From Octopus vulgaris (taxonomy: Eukaryota): 64,000 nt of DNA. A program made the position numbers and the translations under genes. The notes beneath the pieces were generated by a model that saw only the letters and a list, made by a program, of their open reading frames with translations, was not told where the DNA came from and ran no database searches. Below, one piece after another: positions 27,871 through 42,720 of the stretch (within the stretch, counting starts at the first letter, position 1; every line of letters starts with the position of its first letter). The stretch is taken from positions 121,520,001 to 121,584,000 of the forward strand of contig OX597817.1 in assembly GCA_951406725.2 (NCBI GenBank), given 5' to 3'.

Positions 27871-28082
27871 GCGACGAGCTAGCAGAATCGTTTGGGCGCC
27901 GGGGAAAATATTTAGCTGCATTTCGTCCGTCTTTATGTTCTGAGTTCAAACTCCGCCGAGGTTGACTTTATCATTCATCCTTTCGGGTACGATAAAATAA
28001 CCACCAGCTGAGCACTGTGGTCGATGTAATCGACTTCCCCCAGCACCGAAATTGATGGCCTTGTGCCAAAATTTGGAACCGA
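27871..28082 (+). mobile_element. SINE family A (Nin-domain-like)
   Basis: gcgacgagctagcagaatcg...gagttcaaactcc...ttcatcctttcggg. Confidence 0.85.
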
Positions 28083-30312
28083 TATCGGTAATTTGGGAGA
28101 CAATCTACAAGGCAGGCGGCATTTCCACGAGAAATATAAATAAAATTCATTAAAGCAAATAACCAAGAAGCTTCTACTGCATCTCTTCGTCCCCCCTAAT
28201 GTATAAGTAGCTTACGAGTGCTCATTCAATGATACAGATAAGTAAAACCCGAACTTTACAGTGAAAATCATACAATTTTCGAAGCAAGTAGTGGACGTCC
28301 AAGTTTCTTTTAGCATATGTACATGGGCCAAAGCCTTATAGTGATATTCAGTATAAAGCAATGCAATTTGTGATACGTTGAATTGGTTAGACATTAACTA
28401 GGAATTGGACTTTAGCATTACGGTTGGTTTTTACGGTTAACGTTAGGGTTAACGGTAGGGTTCCGGTTTAGGATTAGAGATTCAAGCGACACTTAAAATT
28501 ATGATTTTGATTTAGGTCTTAGGGTCAATAGATGGGATAGTGGCGGTTGAAAGCTATAGTTATAGTAAAGTTTATTTGCATATGTGCATGTGCAAGAGCC
28601 GAAATGATTAAAATTGTTTACTTTTTGTTTTGAAAATATCTGCTTTCGATCGTAAAGTCAGGGATTCTTGCGTAATGAATGATGTACCTACTGAAAGTGT
28701 CCACCGCCGTTACATTCCACTATGAATATTTGCTGTTTTACCACGATACACATCCATTAAATGATATAACTACTTTTAACAACACGGTTATTCATAGTTT
28801 GTCATTGGGGTTGTACCTACGTATTGTAACTTGCATAGGGATGGCTCCGTAGTTAAGCAGGTCACATTGTCACCGTGTGAAAATCCACTGCATGCTATCT
28901 TGTGAAAATGCATTCTACCATACTGTAAGCCTTTACTAAAGCCTTGTTAGTGAGATTTGAAAGCAGAACTGTTAGACTACACCTGCTGTTGTGTCTTTAA
29001 AGTCAGCCCATTGTTAGCTTCTAACATTGCCATTTTGTACTTGAGTGCATTAACTTTGAGAATAGGCTTTGCCTTAGGAAAATATGTGACTGTCAGTTTC
29101 TTTGGGATGTTGAAAATCGTCAAGCCAAAGCGATATTAAAAACGTAAGCTTTGATTACATAACTTATTTTTATGGTTGCTTATTAAAAAATCTTATACAT
29201 TATCATAGATTTGCATTCTAATTATTGAGAATGATATGTAGGTTTTAGTATTATAGTTACGGTATAAAATGTATACAAGTACTCGAAGAGTTAAACGTAA
29301 AACACGAGATTACTTAAACTAATACTTACTATCGTGACATTAATAATTCTTGAAGCAATCAATAAAGCCAACTATTTTTCTAAGAGTAATTGCATTTGAA
29401 ATTCGCTGAAATAACCAGGAAACATTCTTTTTCATTACAGCAAGTGTAAACGAGGCAACGACGAAGCTGCTTTACGTTAACAAGAGTTGAAGGACAATAA
29501 CTCTTGCTTAAAGTTGCGAGAATTGTGTTTTATTATAACAATATTATTTTTTTCATGCTAAAGAAATTATTTGAAATAATAAAAATGGAATTACAGAAAT
29601 ATCAGTCCTCGAAAATAATAGTTGTAAATAATTGAGTTTATAACTCAGTTGTAAAGTTTTACATATAACATTTTTTAAATATTTTAACCACAGTATCTCA
29701 ATCTGGATAATATAACGTCACAATGACAACGTTGGCACTAGAAAATGAGATTACTTTTTATGCATATCCTACAAATAACTATTGACGTCACAATATTTTA
29801 AGAATACAGTAGAGTTATTTTTATATGAATGGTGTATTACATCATAGAGTCTTTGTTATAACTGGATTTTAAAAAATACAGAGGGCGTTCCATTTTGCTT
29901 TCTAGCCATTTTGTCATACATCCACAATTTACCCACATGAACATCTACACGAGTATATATATACTCTGACACTTACAAACACACGTGTGAATAGTAAGTA
30001 CCCAATTTGAGTAGATGATATGCGTACCGAGAGATTTCGGGGAACATACAGGTATCTCGAAAATAGGGCATGGTAACGACTGAAACAAATCAACGATAGA
30101 CAAGGAAACATGACAATACCTCTCATCAGCCACGGAAATCCAGACTATATGTGCAGATTTGGTGCATTTAAAGTCTGGAGATTTGTAATTCCATGGTACT
30201 ACCCGTCTGGCTGCACTAGTGATACTGGAAAGATCACAGAATTAATTGGACAAAGAACAAAACGAGAAAGACAACAACATACAAGTTCGGAAAATAACAG
30301 AAACAATTCAGT

Positions 30313-30366
<54 letters not shown>

Positions 30367-30371
30367 ATGTG

Positions 30372-30565
30372 ACGTCGTGTGTATCGTTGGCGATTTTCTT
30401 TCTCCATCTTCCCTTCCTTGGACCTTTCCTTTTTCTATATTTCCGACGAAGAGCTCCGCTCGAAACGTTAAATCTTCCTTATTTCTTTCCTTTCCTGAGC
30501 GTCCAATAATACTATACTTGTTCCACGTCCTCGCGTTGTTGTGTTCTCTTTGTTCATGTTTGGGT

Positions 30566-30570
<5 letters not shown>
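30372..30570 (+). mobile_element. Short hammerhead-like element flanked by (AT)n on both sides (core 30439-30473)
   Basis: attt CCGACGA a gagc-tcc-gctc GAAACGTT aaat; homologous to 10690-10925. Confidence 0.7.
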
Positions 30571-30616
<46 letters not shown>

Positions 30617-31494
30617 GGGTAGATGTGTACATACTCGTTTACATAACTACATAAATACATAAGGAAATACACAAATGGGTATTAGCCTTTCGCTAAATAC
30701 AGAAGATTATGATACTCATCAAGTAAGTAGCGTAAAAGAAACGTAGATAATGCTTCACAGAGGTAAGGAAGGAAAAAACAAAACAAAAAGCGTCTGTCCT
30801 CACCGAAATTCTCAAGCGAAAAGACAAAATGGAAAAAAGAAATTCTTAGATTGAGTCACAGTTGTGGCGGTGTTACAGAAAATGAGAAAAAGAAAATAAG
30901 AGTGGTGTAGTGATGAAATAGCAGATAAAGAACAGAGTAAGAGAGGAGTGAAATAGGGAGAAGGTAGCGAAAAGAACGAAGCAAGACAGAAAAGAACGAC
31001 GATAGTGAAAAAGTAAGCAGCATGGAGGACAAGATAGAAAAAATAAAATGTCGGTGAGAGCGAAAGAGAAAGAGAGAGGAGGGTGAGAAAAAGAATGAGA
31101 AAGAAAGGATGGAGGAGTGGAGACAAAAGAATACTCACAACGTGGTTGTAGGGCATCAATATATTTATGTGTGTGCGCGCGCCAAGTGTGTGAGAATACT
31201 TAGATTCGGCGTTGTTCGTGTGACTGTGTGTAAGTACGATGCACGGGATGTTAATGTGTATGATTGGTAGGGTGGTGGTAGAGTGTGTACTACGTTTCGT
31301 CTACAACCGACAATGGAAATTTTTTTATCAAAACACCCTTTGTTTGTTTGCCAGAGAGCAGATTGTCTGAAGCTGATACCGTTTGACAGTTAGCTGACCT
31401 CTAACCTAGCTGACCTTGAATTACGACAGGAATATTAGTACTCTAGCTCGCAATCGATTAAGGGAGAAGCTGGCGAAATCGTTAGCACACCGGT

Positions 31495-31690
31495 CAAAAT
31501 GATCTTATCCAATGGAAAAGCGAATATCGATACAACTTGGCACACGTGACAATGCAACTCACTTCTATAGCTGAGAGAATTGGAGCATCGTGAAATAACG
31601 TGATTTGCTCAAGAACACAACACAGCTCGGTCCGGGAATCGAACATAATACTTCGTGATTGGGAGCCCGACTCTCTAACCACTGAGTCAG
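31495..31690 (-). mobile_element. Degenerate tRNA-derived SINE (family C-like head)
   Basis: tgctcaagaacacaac...gggaatcgaac...ctctaaccactgag. Confidence 0.7.
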
Positions 31691-33916
31691 GGAAGAAATA
31701 AACCCCCTGTTGGGTTAATGGTTCTAACGCGCCGTCTGAAAGATTAGTATGTGTAACTATAGCACCGTTTCAGATACGAGCGCAAATACACCTAAGATTT
31801 CTTGAAAGTCAGAAATATGTTGTTTTATATGGCGGGCAACATGCAAAAAGTGAAGAAAAAAAAAAACAACCACCATTTGAACATAATTTTGTTTCATCGC
31901 GTGTAATGGAATCGCAGTCACTTGTTCTGTCGTCAGATTATAAATGTGTAGATAATCGCTCCTCTTCATCCACCTGTTTAAGTTTGACGGTAAATAAGTG
32001 TCTATTCCTGTAACATAATTTCATTCTTACTTGAGTACACACACGCAAACCCTGCATGATCTCTCTCGCTTTCTCTCTCTCTCACTCCCTCTCTCTCGCG
32101 GAACCTGTAGTTCTCTAAATTTCGATTTTATCTCTCAAATTAGTTTACAGCAATAGTGAACTGATTTTCATATACAATACGACATTCATTCTCACTTAAG
32201 CGCTTAAAACTCCTCATCTAGCAATCATTTTCTACAGCCTCAAATATATAATTATCTACTTCACCGAATGAACACTTTAAACGTAGCGAAACGATCATAG
32301 TATAAAAAAGTTTATATTAGATTGAAGGAAGCGCAAAATATACACGCCTAAGAGAATAATGGACTGAAAATCTTGTGGTTGAAGTAAGAGAAACTTAAAT
32401 CATGTTCGCTAATGTTGTAAAGAAAATATAATGAATTATGTAAATCGTGATGTTCTCTGTCATATTTGTTTTACATCAAATACTGTATGTCAATTCCAGT
32501 AATGTCGGTGTGTTAAATTCTCTACCCTGAGTGGAAACAAGTTAATATAGGTAATTTTTTTTTATTCAAAATGATAAAAGCAGAGGACATTGAAAACAAT
32601 GTTCTTCTCACTTAACCAGGGAGAATCAAATTCGTTTCGTATGTTGAATATAAATTTGAAAGCATTGATTTCCGACAAGCAATAATGTAGGAATTTGGTG
32701 AAGTTCGTTGAAAGATTGTTTCGATTAATTTAACATCATCTTCCTTAGCTTTCAAGTAAACGTCTAGAATTGTATGTAGTTTGAAGATTTTCGTGTATTA
32801 AACATAATTCGGAAAGTTTTATTTGCTTTTCGTTCATTTCCTGGCACTTTATCTGTTTGCTGTAACTTTCACTTTCAATATAGATAAATGATAACAACTT
32901 CCTAAAGAAAAATAAAACAAATTGCAACATATTCGCAGATTTATTCGCATTTCAGTGTTGTTCAATGAAACCCAATTGACCTTTAATCTAACTTTTAATA
33001 AACCCTAAATTAATATGTTGTTTCAGAGTGATGTTATTTCGGTTATCACGCTGATACAACGCTGCAATTTGTTCACATCTTACATAAACCTCTAACTTTC
33101 TTTAGGAAATATGACGTGGTTATGTTCCGATAAATATAACTGACGCAGATTGTCGAGGGAAATTGAACAGTTACATATATCGTTTAAGAAACAGAAATTT
33201 GTGAATATATTTCAAATTTGATAGAGCCAATTTAGTGACAGACACAGAAACAGACACAGCACACATATTACCCCCACACACACATACATACGTACACACA
33301 CGCGCACACACATGTATATATGCGTGAGTGTATGTGTCTATATATTTGTGTATGTAGTCTGATTTTATTTGTTGTGTACTTATCATTATTTTAAACTGAT
33401 ATATTCAAATTCATGTCCTCATCTTGAGTAAGTCTCAATGTATCGTTTATTGTACATCCCAACATATTTTGCTGTCTGTCTTCTTCGGTAACTGTCTCGA
33501 AACGCCAATTTTGCTAGACAATAACAAGTAATCTGCTGGCCTATCGGGACTGTGAAAGAAATGTCCTCAAATTACGGTGTGAAATTGAAGACACTTGAAA
33601 AACCAAAAGTGTCGCAAAATGGAAGTAAAATTTGAAAAGAAACCAAGGCCAAAGCAGTAATGACAGGTTGGTTGTTACTAAAGTCAGAGATACGTGGTAA
33701 ATGCATGCACAAACGATAATACATCCTACGAACTTGGTCAAAACCATCCTGAAAGCCCCACAGGGAAAAATCTCTCTCTTTGATACTTCTGCAAGGGGTA
33801 TTAAAGACTGTTCTGTTAGCTCTACACAGTAACGCTTAGACATATCTTAATACTTGACAATTTAGTATGCTGTATAAGATTTTATTTTCATCTTCCGTAA
33901 CTTAGGCAATGCACAT

Positions 33917-34060
33917 CATTCATAATGTCACAAGATCCATGATGCCACAAGATTTTCTCAATCGACATGCGTTCGAAAAGTTTGTATACAATGTCAGATA
34001 CCATGGAAGTTAGAACATAATTTATTGTTTAATTCTTTCCTATTTAAATTCCTATGTATT
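33917..34060 (+). repeat. 144-bp unique segment duplicated at 37794-37937
   Basis: Direct copy with 5 substitutions counted by eye. Confidence 0.95.
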
Positions 34061-34250
34061 TGCAAAATATTCAACTATAAATCAGAATGTTATGTATTAT
34101 ATTGTATGCTTAAAGGCGGGTTTACCATTAATGTGGTTCTCTTTTGACCCTTCCTAACAAAAAGCCAACATTCTTATTTGTCAATACTTTCAGCGTGATA
34201 TAACACGGAATTTTCAACAAGGTTTGACATAATAAAACAATCATAATTAA

Positions 34251-34495
34251 CTATTTCAAGAAATACGATTTAAAATTGATAATCTGGTTTTCAGATTTGC
34301 CCTTTTTCGTCTTTGACGATGTTGCCATATGAACTTCAAATATTCTTCCAGTGTTCTCGTTTCTTTTTATGTTTCTGCGTATTTCAATGAAATATCTAAA
34401 GAATCAGAAAACAGTTAGTTTTCCAACGACCTCACATATGTCATCGCTCAAATTTAACCCTCTCCGAACCACCCTTACCTTTTTGTTACTGAAGA
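34251..34495 (-). other. Candidate 17-nt microexon (34479-34495) + 83-nt intron + terminal exon (34251-34395)
   Basis: tttctttctttttactttttctcag|TCTTCAGTAACAAAAAG|gtaagg; ttttctgattctttag|; spliced frame SSVTKRYFIEIRRNIKRNENTGRIFEVHMATSSKTKKGKSENQIINFKSYFLK*. Confidence 0.3.
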
Positions 34496-37400
34496 CTGAG
34501 AAAAAGTAAAAAGAAAGAAATTACTTGCCTGTATATATCTCTCTGACACTGGATTATATTTTACTGTCTAAATATTTCTATAAGTCTGTATTCGTCCATT
34601 ACTTATAACAACCTCATTGAATGAATAACAGTAAAAGATCAAGAGTTATCTTCTACGACTTATAAAAACATTACTCATTTCTTGTAGTCACTTATTCCAT
34701 TTTCAGAAGCTAAGAATAATAATATAATAGTTTTCTTTTTTCTTTTTTCGAATCACAAAAAAGAAACTGAACGTGATTGCTCGAGCAACTGAAAGTAGTA
34801 ACCAAATTTTCTTCAGTTCTCACCCTATCATATTCCCTGGGAAGTTTACATTGGATGATGGAACCTTGGAAGTATTTCTGACGAACAGAAGTCAGTTTGG
34901 ACAGATCTTCAATATTTTTCATCATATGTGTCTACACGATCGGAACTAATTTTGAGCGAAAGAATATAAACAACATGTCTCTTTTCTATACCGAAATATC
35001 TTGAAATGATATTAATTATTAAACTTTTGCCACGCGCTACAGCTTATATTTTCTCTCGAATCTATAGTGAATACAAAACATCTTATTAAGGCCTTGAGAA
35101 GTTCATCAAATCTCTTTATTACTAGATAGGGTTAATTTATGTTTCGATGCCGATTCGATATCGTTTTAATGCAAATTATTTATTTATCTTTACATCATTT
35201 AGATAGAAGAAGTAGGACGACGTGACTAATGGCAAAAAAAAAAGAAGAAAATAATTGTCGTCTGCAGTCATCCAATAGCCAAGTGGTAGTGTTTAACAAA
35301 GTGACAAATTTAATCGAACCATTCGATAGCAAATGGAAGTGAAAAAATCTAATATACAAAAACATAATACTTTAAAAGTACCAGACTAAACTTTGAAAAT
35401 TCCTATAGAAATACTAAACTCATTAATTTTTGAAGCGCAAAGATGAATTTTTATTGGAAATTGTAATCGGTCGTTGGAATGCTGGTTTTCACTTATATCA
35501 AACTCAAGGGATGAAATGCAAAATACATCACAGTAAGTTTAGAACCTTAACCAACAACAAGATACTGATCTACGCGCACTAAATCTGTCAATGGGGTTCT
35601 GCACACTCTAGTCATTATCTTTCTGACACTTCCATTAGTAGCTTCCATTCTTTATTGACTTTCTCGTCATAACAACTTCAATTAAGAGTTAGAAATTCAA
35701 AAAATTGTTTTTGGAACCATCAATTCACTGTTTAGTGTAATATGAAATAAAATCGATTTTTACAAAAAAAGAATTGGAAGTTATTAGTAAAAACAAGAAA
35801 GCAAAAATATCTCATAATAAAATATAAAACTAAACTACACCTGTCACTGTGACTATTATCCAGGGTTTCACTGAGTTCTCACGTATTTTCGCCAAAGATG
35901 TGTACATAGCACCGTAACAGCCGTTTCTTTGACCTTTAACATCATAGTGCACATCATTCTCATTACGTTAATTATGAACAATATTAACATCATTCTAGCC
36001 TGTCACAGCCACCATGCAGATTTATTTCAAGACAGCAATCGCAGTACAACCATATTTTCTGTTGTCAATGAGTTATCATCAATTATGCTATTGTCAGTCG
36101 CTTAATCATTGTTATTTTCCAACGGTTTTAGATTCCTGCAGGAATACTTTCCCTCAGTTCGAAATGCACAATTTGTCATTGCTTGTCATCATGATTACAC
36201 ACTTGATATATCTTATGGTTAGAATGAAAGGGGATTCTCTGACAAGCTAATGAGCCATTCCTAGGAATGTGAGAGAAGTATAGAAAAATAATACTCTCAC
36301 AAGCCGGAGAAGGAAAAAAAAAGCGCAGGAGTTATTAGAAAGAAGAAAAATCGTCTACAACAGACAAGGAAAATAAATATTTCTGAGATAAAGTGATATG
36401 ACAAATACGTTTATCGCATGCATTTATAGCATTCATATTTCAAAATGTATTTTTATCCAATCAACATTGCGTCAATCTCTTTGAAGGAACGTATGGTATG
36501 TTTATATTTTGCTTCGTGAAACATCGTACTATCAGATCAATACAAAGTGACTTGGCTATTAAACCACATATTGCCTTCATTCTAAATATTTCACCCGAAA
36601 ATATCTCATTATGCAGCAAATAATTGTTGTCATAGTTTATATAAATATTAATAGGATTAAGAATAAAAAAAGATATGAAACAAAAGCAAAGAACTGAGCC
36701 TAAGAGGAGAATCGATTAATTCATCAAACATATACAGTTATCGCAAGCACTCGAATAAGACCAACCGTATTGTCAGGCTCAGTTACAATTAGAAATACGT
36801 TAAATAGTATTTCATAGGTCAAATTAATAGTAAATGAAGTGTTAAACGAATCTGGGGTGCTTGGAAATGTTAACACAGTTCACACAGGAATATATATATA
36901 TAAATAGAGGTTCTTTACAGTTAATAGAGAATATAATTCTTATTACGAACAGAAGAGAGTAATGCTTATAAAAATTTATGATAATTTGCCATTGTAAATT
37001 TGGCACATGTATATAATAAGTGGGATAGTTGCAGGATTAATAAACCAACGACAATTATTAACTGATTGTGAACTAATTACCATTAGGGTCAGAAAGTGGG
37101 TCGATAAGGCTCTCAGCACCATGATAAAAATAATGCTAATTTCATACACAGGTGAAGAACGTCTGTATTTACGAAAGAGACGAAAGAATTATGCTGTGAA
37201 GTTGGCGTCTTCTAATGACATGAGTAAAAGTTAAAGATATTTGGTATCAATAGAGAATCAGCATTATGTTCTTATCTTCATTTCGATGAATTTATTATTG
37301 ATTTCCTTTCACTAGATAAAAGTTCAAACGCGGAACTGGAGGGGCGTAGTTTTATTAAAGTGATATTTCTCGTACATATGTTATCGACATCCAAAGGTAG

Positions 37401-37601
37401 AAAAGAGTAATATAATATAATTTTAACTAAGAATCGACAAGAATTAAACAATTTAAGATCAATAGTGTAGGACTTGGTAATAGAGTTGTCTCACACACAC
37501 ATTCACTCACAATTGTATGTATGCATGCATGAGTGCGTGTATGTATATACATATATATGTATACATACACGCAAATGATACACTCACACGCGCACACACA
37601 C

Positions 37602-38063
37602 ACACGCGCGCGCTTATGTATGTAATTTTATAATTTAAGCTAAAATGAGCTAGAGGAAATAACGCAAAGTGGCTTGTGGCATTTAGAAGAATACAGGTAT
37701 ACCAGATACCACATAACACAAATTCTTAATTTATCAAAATTATCTCCGTTTCTAGAGGCTGTGTCTTAATTACTAAATAGGAATGAAGATCAACATTCAT
37801 AATGTCACAGGATCCATGATGCCACAAGATTTTCTCAATCGACATGCGTTCGAAAAGTTAGTATACAATGCCAGATACCATGGAAGTTAGAACATAATTT
37901 ATTGTTTAATACTTTCCTATTTAAATTCTTATGTATTAAGAATTTGTGTTATGTGGTATCTGGTATACCTGTATTCTTCTAAATGCCACAAGCCACTTTG
38001 CATTATTTCCTCTAGCTCATTTTTGCTTAAATTATAAAATTATATACATGAGCGCGCGCGTGT
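37602..38063. repeat. Inverted duplication (~129-bp arms: 37602-37730 and 37935-38063)
   Basis: Arms are near-perfect reverse complements. Confidence 0.95.
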
Positions 38064-38668
38064 ATATGTGTGGACTGAATGAGAACAGGTGAGTAATCTA
38101 AGAAACAGAAAGTTAACGTCATCAGAATGACAACGAATCTCTTTATATATGAGCAGCGCATAACTTCTCCAGTATGTCTTAATGATTTCTTTGTAAAGTA
38201 TGTGGTATATGATGTCAAACCTAATGTTTGTAAAACGTACAAGTTCTGCGATGTATTGTGACATAGAAGAATCCAGTAATTTCAATATGCTGCGGGGAGT
38301 GAAGGATGCTCTGTGTTGTCATATTATTCGACTGCAGTCTTAAGAAATCACGTAGCATTGTCCTCATCGTGACACACGCATATACACATACACACGTATG
38401 TACATCGTTGCTATTATGTTAAACTGTCGTAAGTCAGAATTTGGTCAAATGCGTCATTTTTGAATATTTATTTTTGCTTGCAACAGCCGGTTCTTTTGGT
38501 TAAAGTATCGTCTCTACAGCTGCTTCAGATGCAAAGATATCGAAAATTGTCAAAGCATAGTACAACGCTTTTGCTATGAAATGGTGAAACTATTTTTCAC
38601 TTTCTGAAAAAGCAACATGTTGAAATTACAACACTTTTGCACAATAACAACGGCATATATTATGCGTT

Positions 38669-38743
<75 letters not shown>

Positions 38744-39090
38744 GCGAGAATGAAGCAACAAGAATGGATAGGTTTTTAGTACAATCGTTTCATACAAGGA
38801 CAGGTTTTATTAAAAGTTGCAAAAATTACAGCATATAAACGTGTCCCGTACTCATCAGCTAAAATACATGTGAGTTCTCTAGACATCCTAGTGGTTGAGG
38901 CTATACTCATGAAGTAATGTAGATAATTAAGTAACATAAACAGATTTCAAAAGTTCATTAAAGTTCTTTAAAGTTCTTTAAATGCTGTAATTTTTTTGTA
39001 TGCTGTAAATTTTGCAACTTTTAATAAAACCTGTCCTTGTATGAAACGATTGTACTAAAAACCTATCCATTCTTGTTGCTTCATTCTCGC
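38744..39090. mobile_element. Penelope-like inverted pseudo-LTR remnant (92-bp arms) adjacent to (AT)n
   Basis: Arms 38744-38835 and 38999-39090 are near-identical reverse complements and contain hammerhead parts. Confidence 0.75.
38774..38864 (-). ncRNA. Type I hammerhead ribozyme with extended stem-loop II
   Basis: ttttag CTGATGA gtacgggaca...tgtccttgtat GAAA cgattg TA ctaaaa: 6-bp stem I, intact core, near-palindromic stem III, GUA site. Confidence 0.75.
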
Positions 39091-39277
39091 TTATAATCAC
39101 CCCACATTACTGTATTGTTAAATCAGTATAGTTTTTTTGGTGCATCTAAGTTAGGTACCATATTCAAGTAAATTCATTTAAATTAACTTGAATCTTTATT
39201 GCTTTTTATATATATATATATATATAAACACACACACACACATATATATACACACACACACATATACACACACACAC

Positions 39278-39318
<41 letters not shown>

Positions 39319-39579
39319 TATAAAGAATTTTTTGCGTAATGAGATAAAAAAACCAAGGGTGTGTAGATATTAGAACATTTATAGATAGATGGTCGTACAA
39401 CTGTTTCCAGGATATTTATTAATTATATCCCTTCATCGGAGACGGTGTGAGAGGATGGTTAAGTAATAGTTAATTTAAACAGGATTCAAAATAGAGAGTG
39501 AGGTGGAGGAAAGAAAACAGATGTGAGATATTTTGGGATATTGAATTTGTAGATCCATTTTTTAGGCAGAATGATATAT

Positions 39580-39735
39580 ATGTAAGATTCCAATACCTTA
39601 TGAGAAAAACCCAACAGTATTTAAAATTGTTCATTCCAAGTATAGAGTTTATACACAATGTAAGATTCCAATACCTTATGAGTAAGATCCAACAGTATTT
39701 AAAATTGGTCATTCCATGTACAGAATTTATACACA
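39580..39735 (+). repeat. 78-bp tandem duplication (2 units)
   Basis: atgtaagattccaataccttatgag... at 39580 and 39658. Confidence 0.9.
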
Positions 39736-39788
39736 TAATGACTGAAACAAACGAAAGAATCAAAGAAAAGAATATATAAACGCATACA

Positions 39789-39829
<41 letters not shown>

Positions 39830-40218
39830 CTCCATTAATATAGCTCTTTGTATGTGTATGTACTGAAAGAGAGTGAGTGAGAGAGAGAGAGAGAATGAAG
39901 GTGAGAGGAAGAAGAGAGAGAGAGAGAGAAAAAGAAAGAAAGAAAGAAAGAAGTGGAAATACTGAAACATTCTTGTATACATACTACGTAGCTTATACAT
40001 GATTTTTTGATATGTTAGAAACAACATCTTATTCTCATAAATCATACCTTACCACCTTAAAAGAAAAAAAGTACATTGAAGCTGCAATCCTAGATACATT
40101 ATATCTGAAACAAAGACTGTGTGATCTTCTATGAATTGTATTACGTCATAGATCTTCTTTATCAGAACAAAACTGGACCCAAAGTGCAAAAGACAGCATC
40201 AAAAGTAATAATAACCAT

Positions 40219-40385
<167 letters not shown>

Positions 40386-40404
40386 AGTCTGTCTGTCTGT
40401 CTAT

Positions 40405-40630
40405 GCGCCTGGTTTAATGGTTAGAGTGTAGGACTCATGATCGATTCCTAGACCGGGCGACGCGTTGTGTTTTTCCGCAAAACACTTCATTCTACATTGA
40501 TCCAGTCATTCAGCTGGCAAAAATGATTAATCTTGCGACGAATTGGCGTCCCGTCCAACTGGGGAATATATGCGCCATGAAACCGGGAAACCGGCGCTTA
40601 TGAGTCAGTATAACACGAGAAGGTCACGTT
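40405..40630 (+). mobile_element. tRNA-derived SINE
   Basis: tggtttaatggttagagtg...cgattcc...gcgttgtgt; homologous to 2775-2990. Confidence 0.75.
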
Positions 40631-40705
40631 ACTGTTTTTAAAAATTTATCTATATATCTATCTATCTATCCATCTATACATACATACATACATACATACA
40701 TACAG

Positions 40706-40784
<79 letters not shown>

Positions 40785-40920
40785 TGTATATATGTATATG
40801 CATACATATATATGTTGGTGTGTTTGCACTTAAGATTTTTAATTCTTTCACATGTTCATACTGTTGCAGTGCTCACAACTTCCGTCAGCATTACGACAGT
40901 AATAAATAATGCCACGAATA

Positions 40921-41130
40921 AGGCGTCTGGCTAGCAGAATCGTTAGCACGCCAGGAGAAATGCTTAGCGGCATTTCGTCTGTCTTCACGTTACGTCTTCA
41001 AATTCCACCGAGATCGACTTTGCCTTTCATCCTTTCAGGGCCGATAAAATAAGTACCTGTTGAATACTGTGATTAATGCCGTCGACTTAATCTATCACTG
41101 AAATTGCTGGGTTTGAGTCAAAATTTGAAA
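40921..41130 (+). mobile_element. SINE family A (Nin-domain-like)
   Basis: agcagaatcgttagcacgcc...tgcctttcatcctttcaggg. Confidence 0.85.
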
Positions 41131-41719
41131 TCAGTATACAATAAATAAACGATGGAGCAATCAAAAGATCAAAGCAATTCAGGCTTGTGTCCGTCTCATC
41201 GTAGTGTCTCATGATCTACATTATTGAATATGCGTATGCCTTTTGTAAGATGCTAATAAAGGTAAAAATACGAGGTAAAAATATTTCCCATTTCTGATAT
41301 TGCGTAGACGATAAAATATGCATCACTCTTTTACTCCAATATAGATATGTAATGTGTTTCACAGGTAAATATCTGTCAGAGGATTCCTGCTAAAAAATAA
41401 AATAACAGTAAATATACAAAATGCATTCATCGAAGTGAGCTAGAAGCTAGTCATACCCCAAAAACTCATTATTCGTTACGTTGATATACAAGCACAGAAT
41501 ATATAACTCCCAAAGAATTTGGTGTTAAATAAATATATTGGCATGTATTGCCATGCTGTGCTGCAAGAACAGAAAATGTTCGTTTAGTATATATATTTAA
41601 CATTCGACATTTAGATCGGAGCGAATTTAATGGCCTTTTTCGTAAAAAAAAAGGAATACCAATAAATACATCCGTAACTAATATTAGTTTGCTAAGCATT
41701 TTAACATCTCTTTCACTCT

Positions 41720-42720
<1,001 letters not shown>

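Noticed and set aside
28425-28480. Telomere-like ttaggg/ggtta repeats
   Set aside because: Too short and degenerate to call interstitial telomere or assign to an element.
33541-33843. 100-aa minus-strand ORF, and ORFs at 11780-12079, 21434-21691 and 34710-34925
   Set aside because: No recognisable domain or convincing splice context; 21434-21691 overlaps a degenerate SINE tail.
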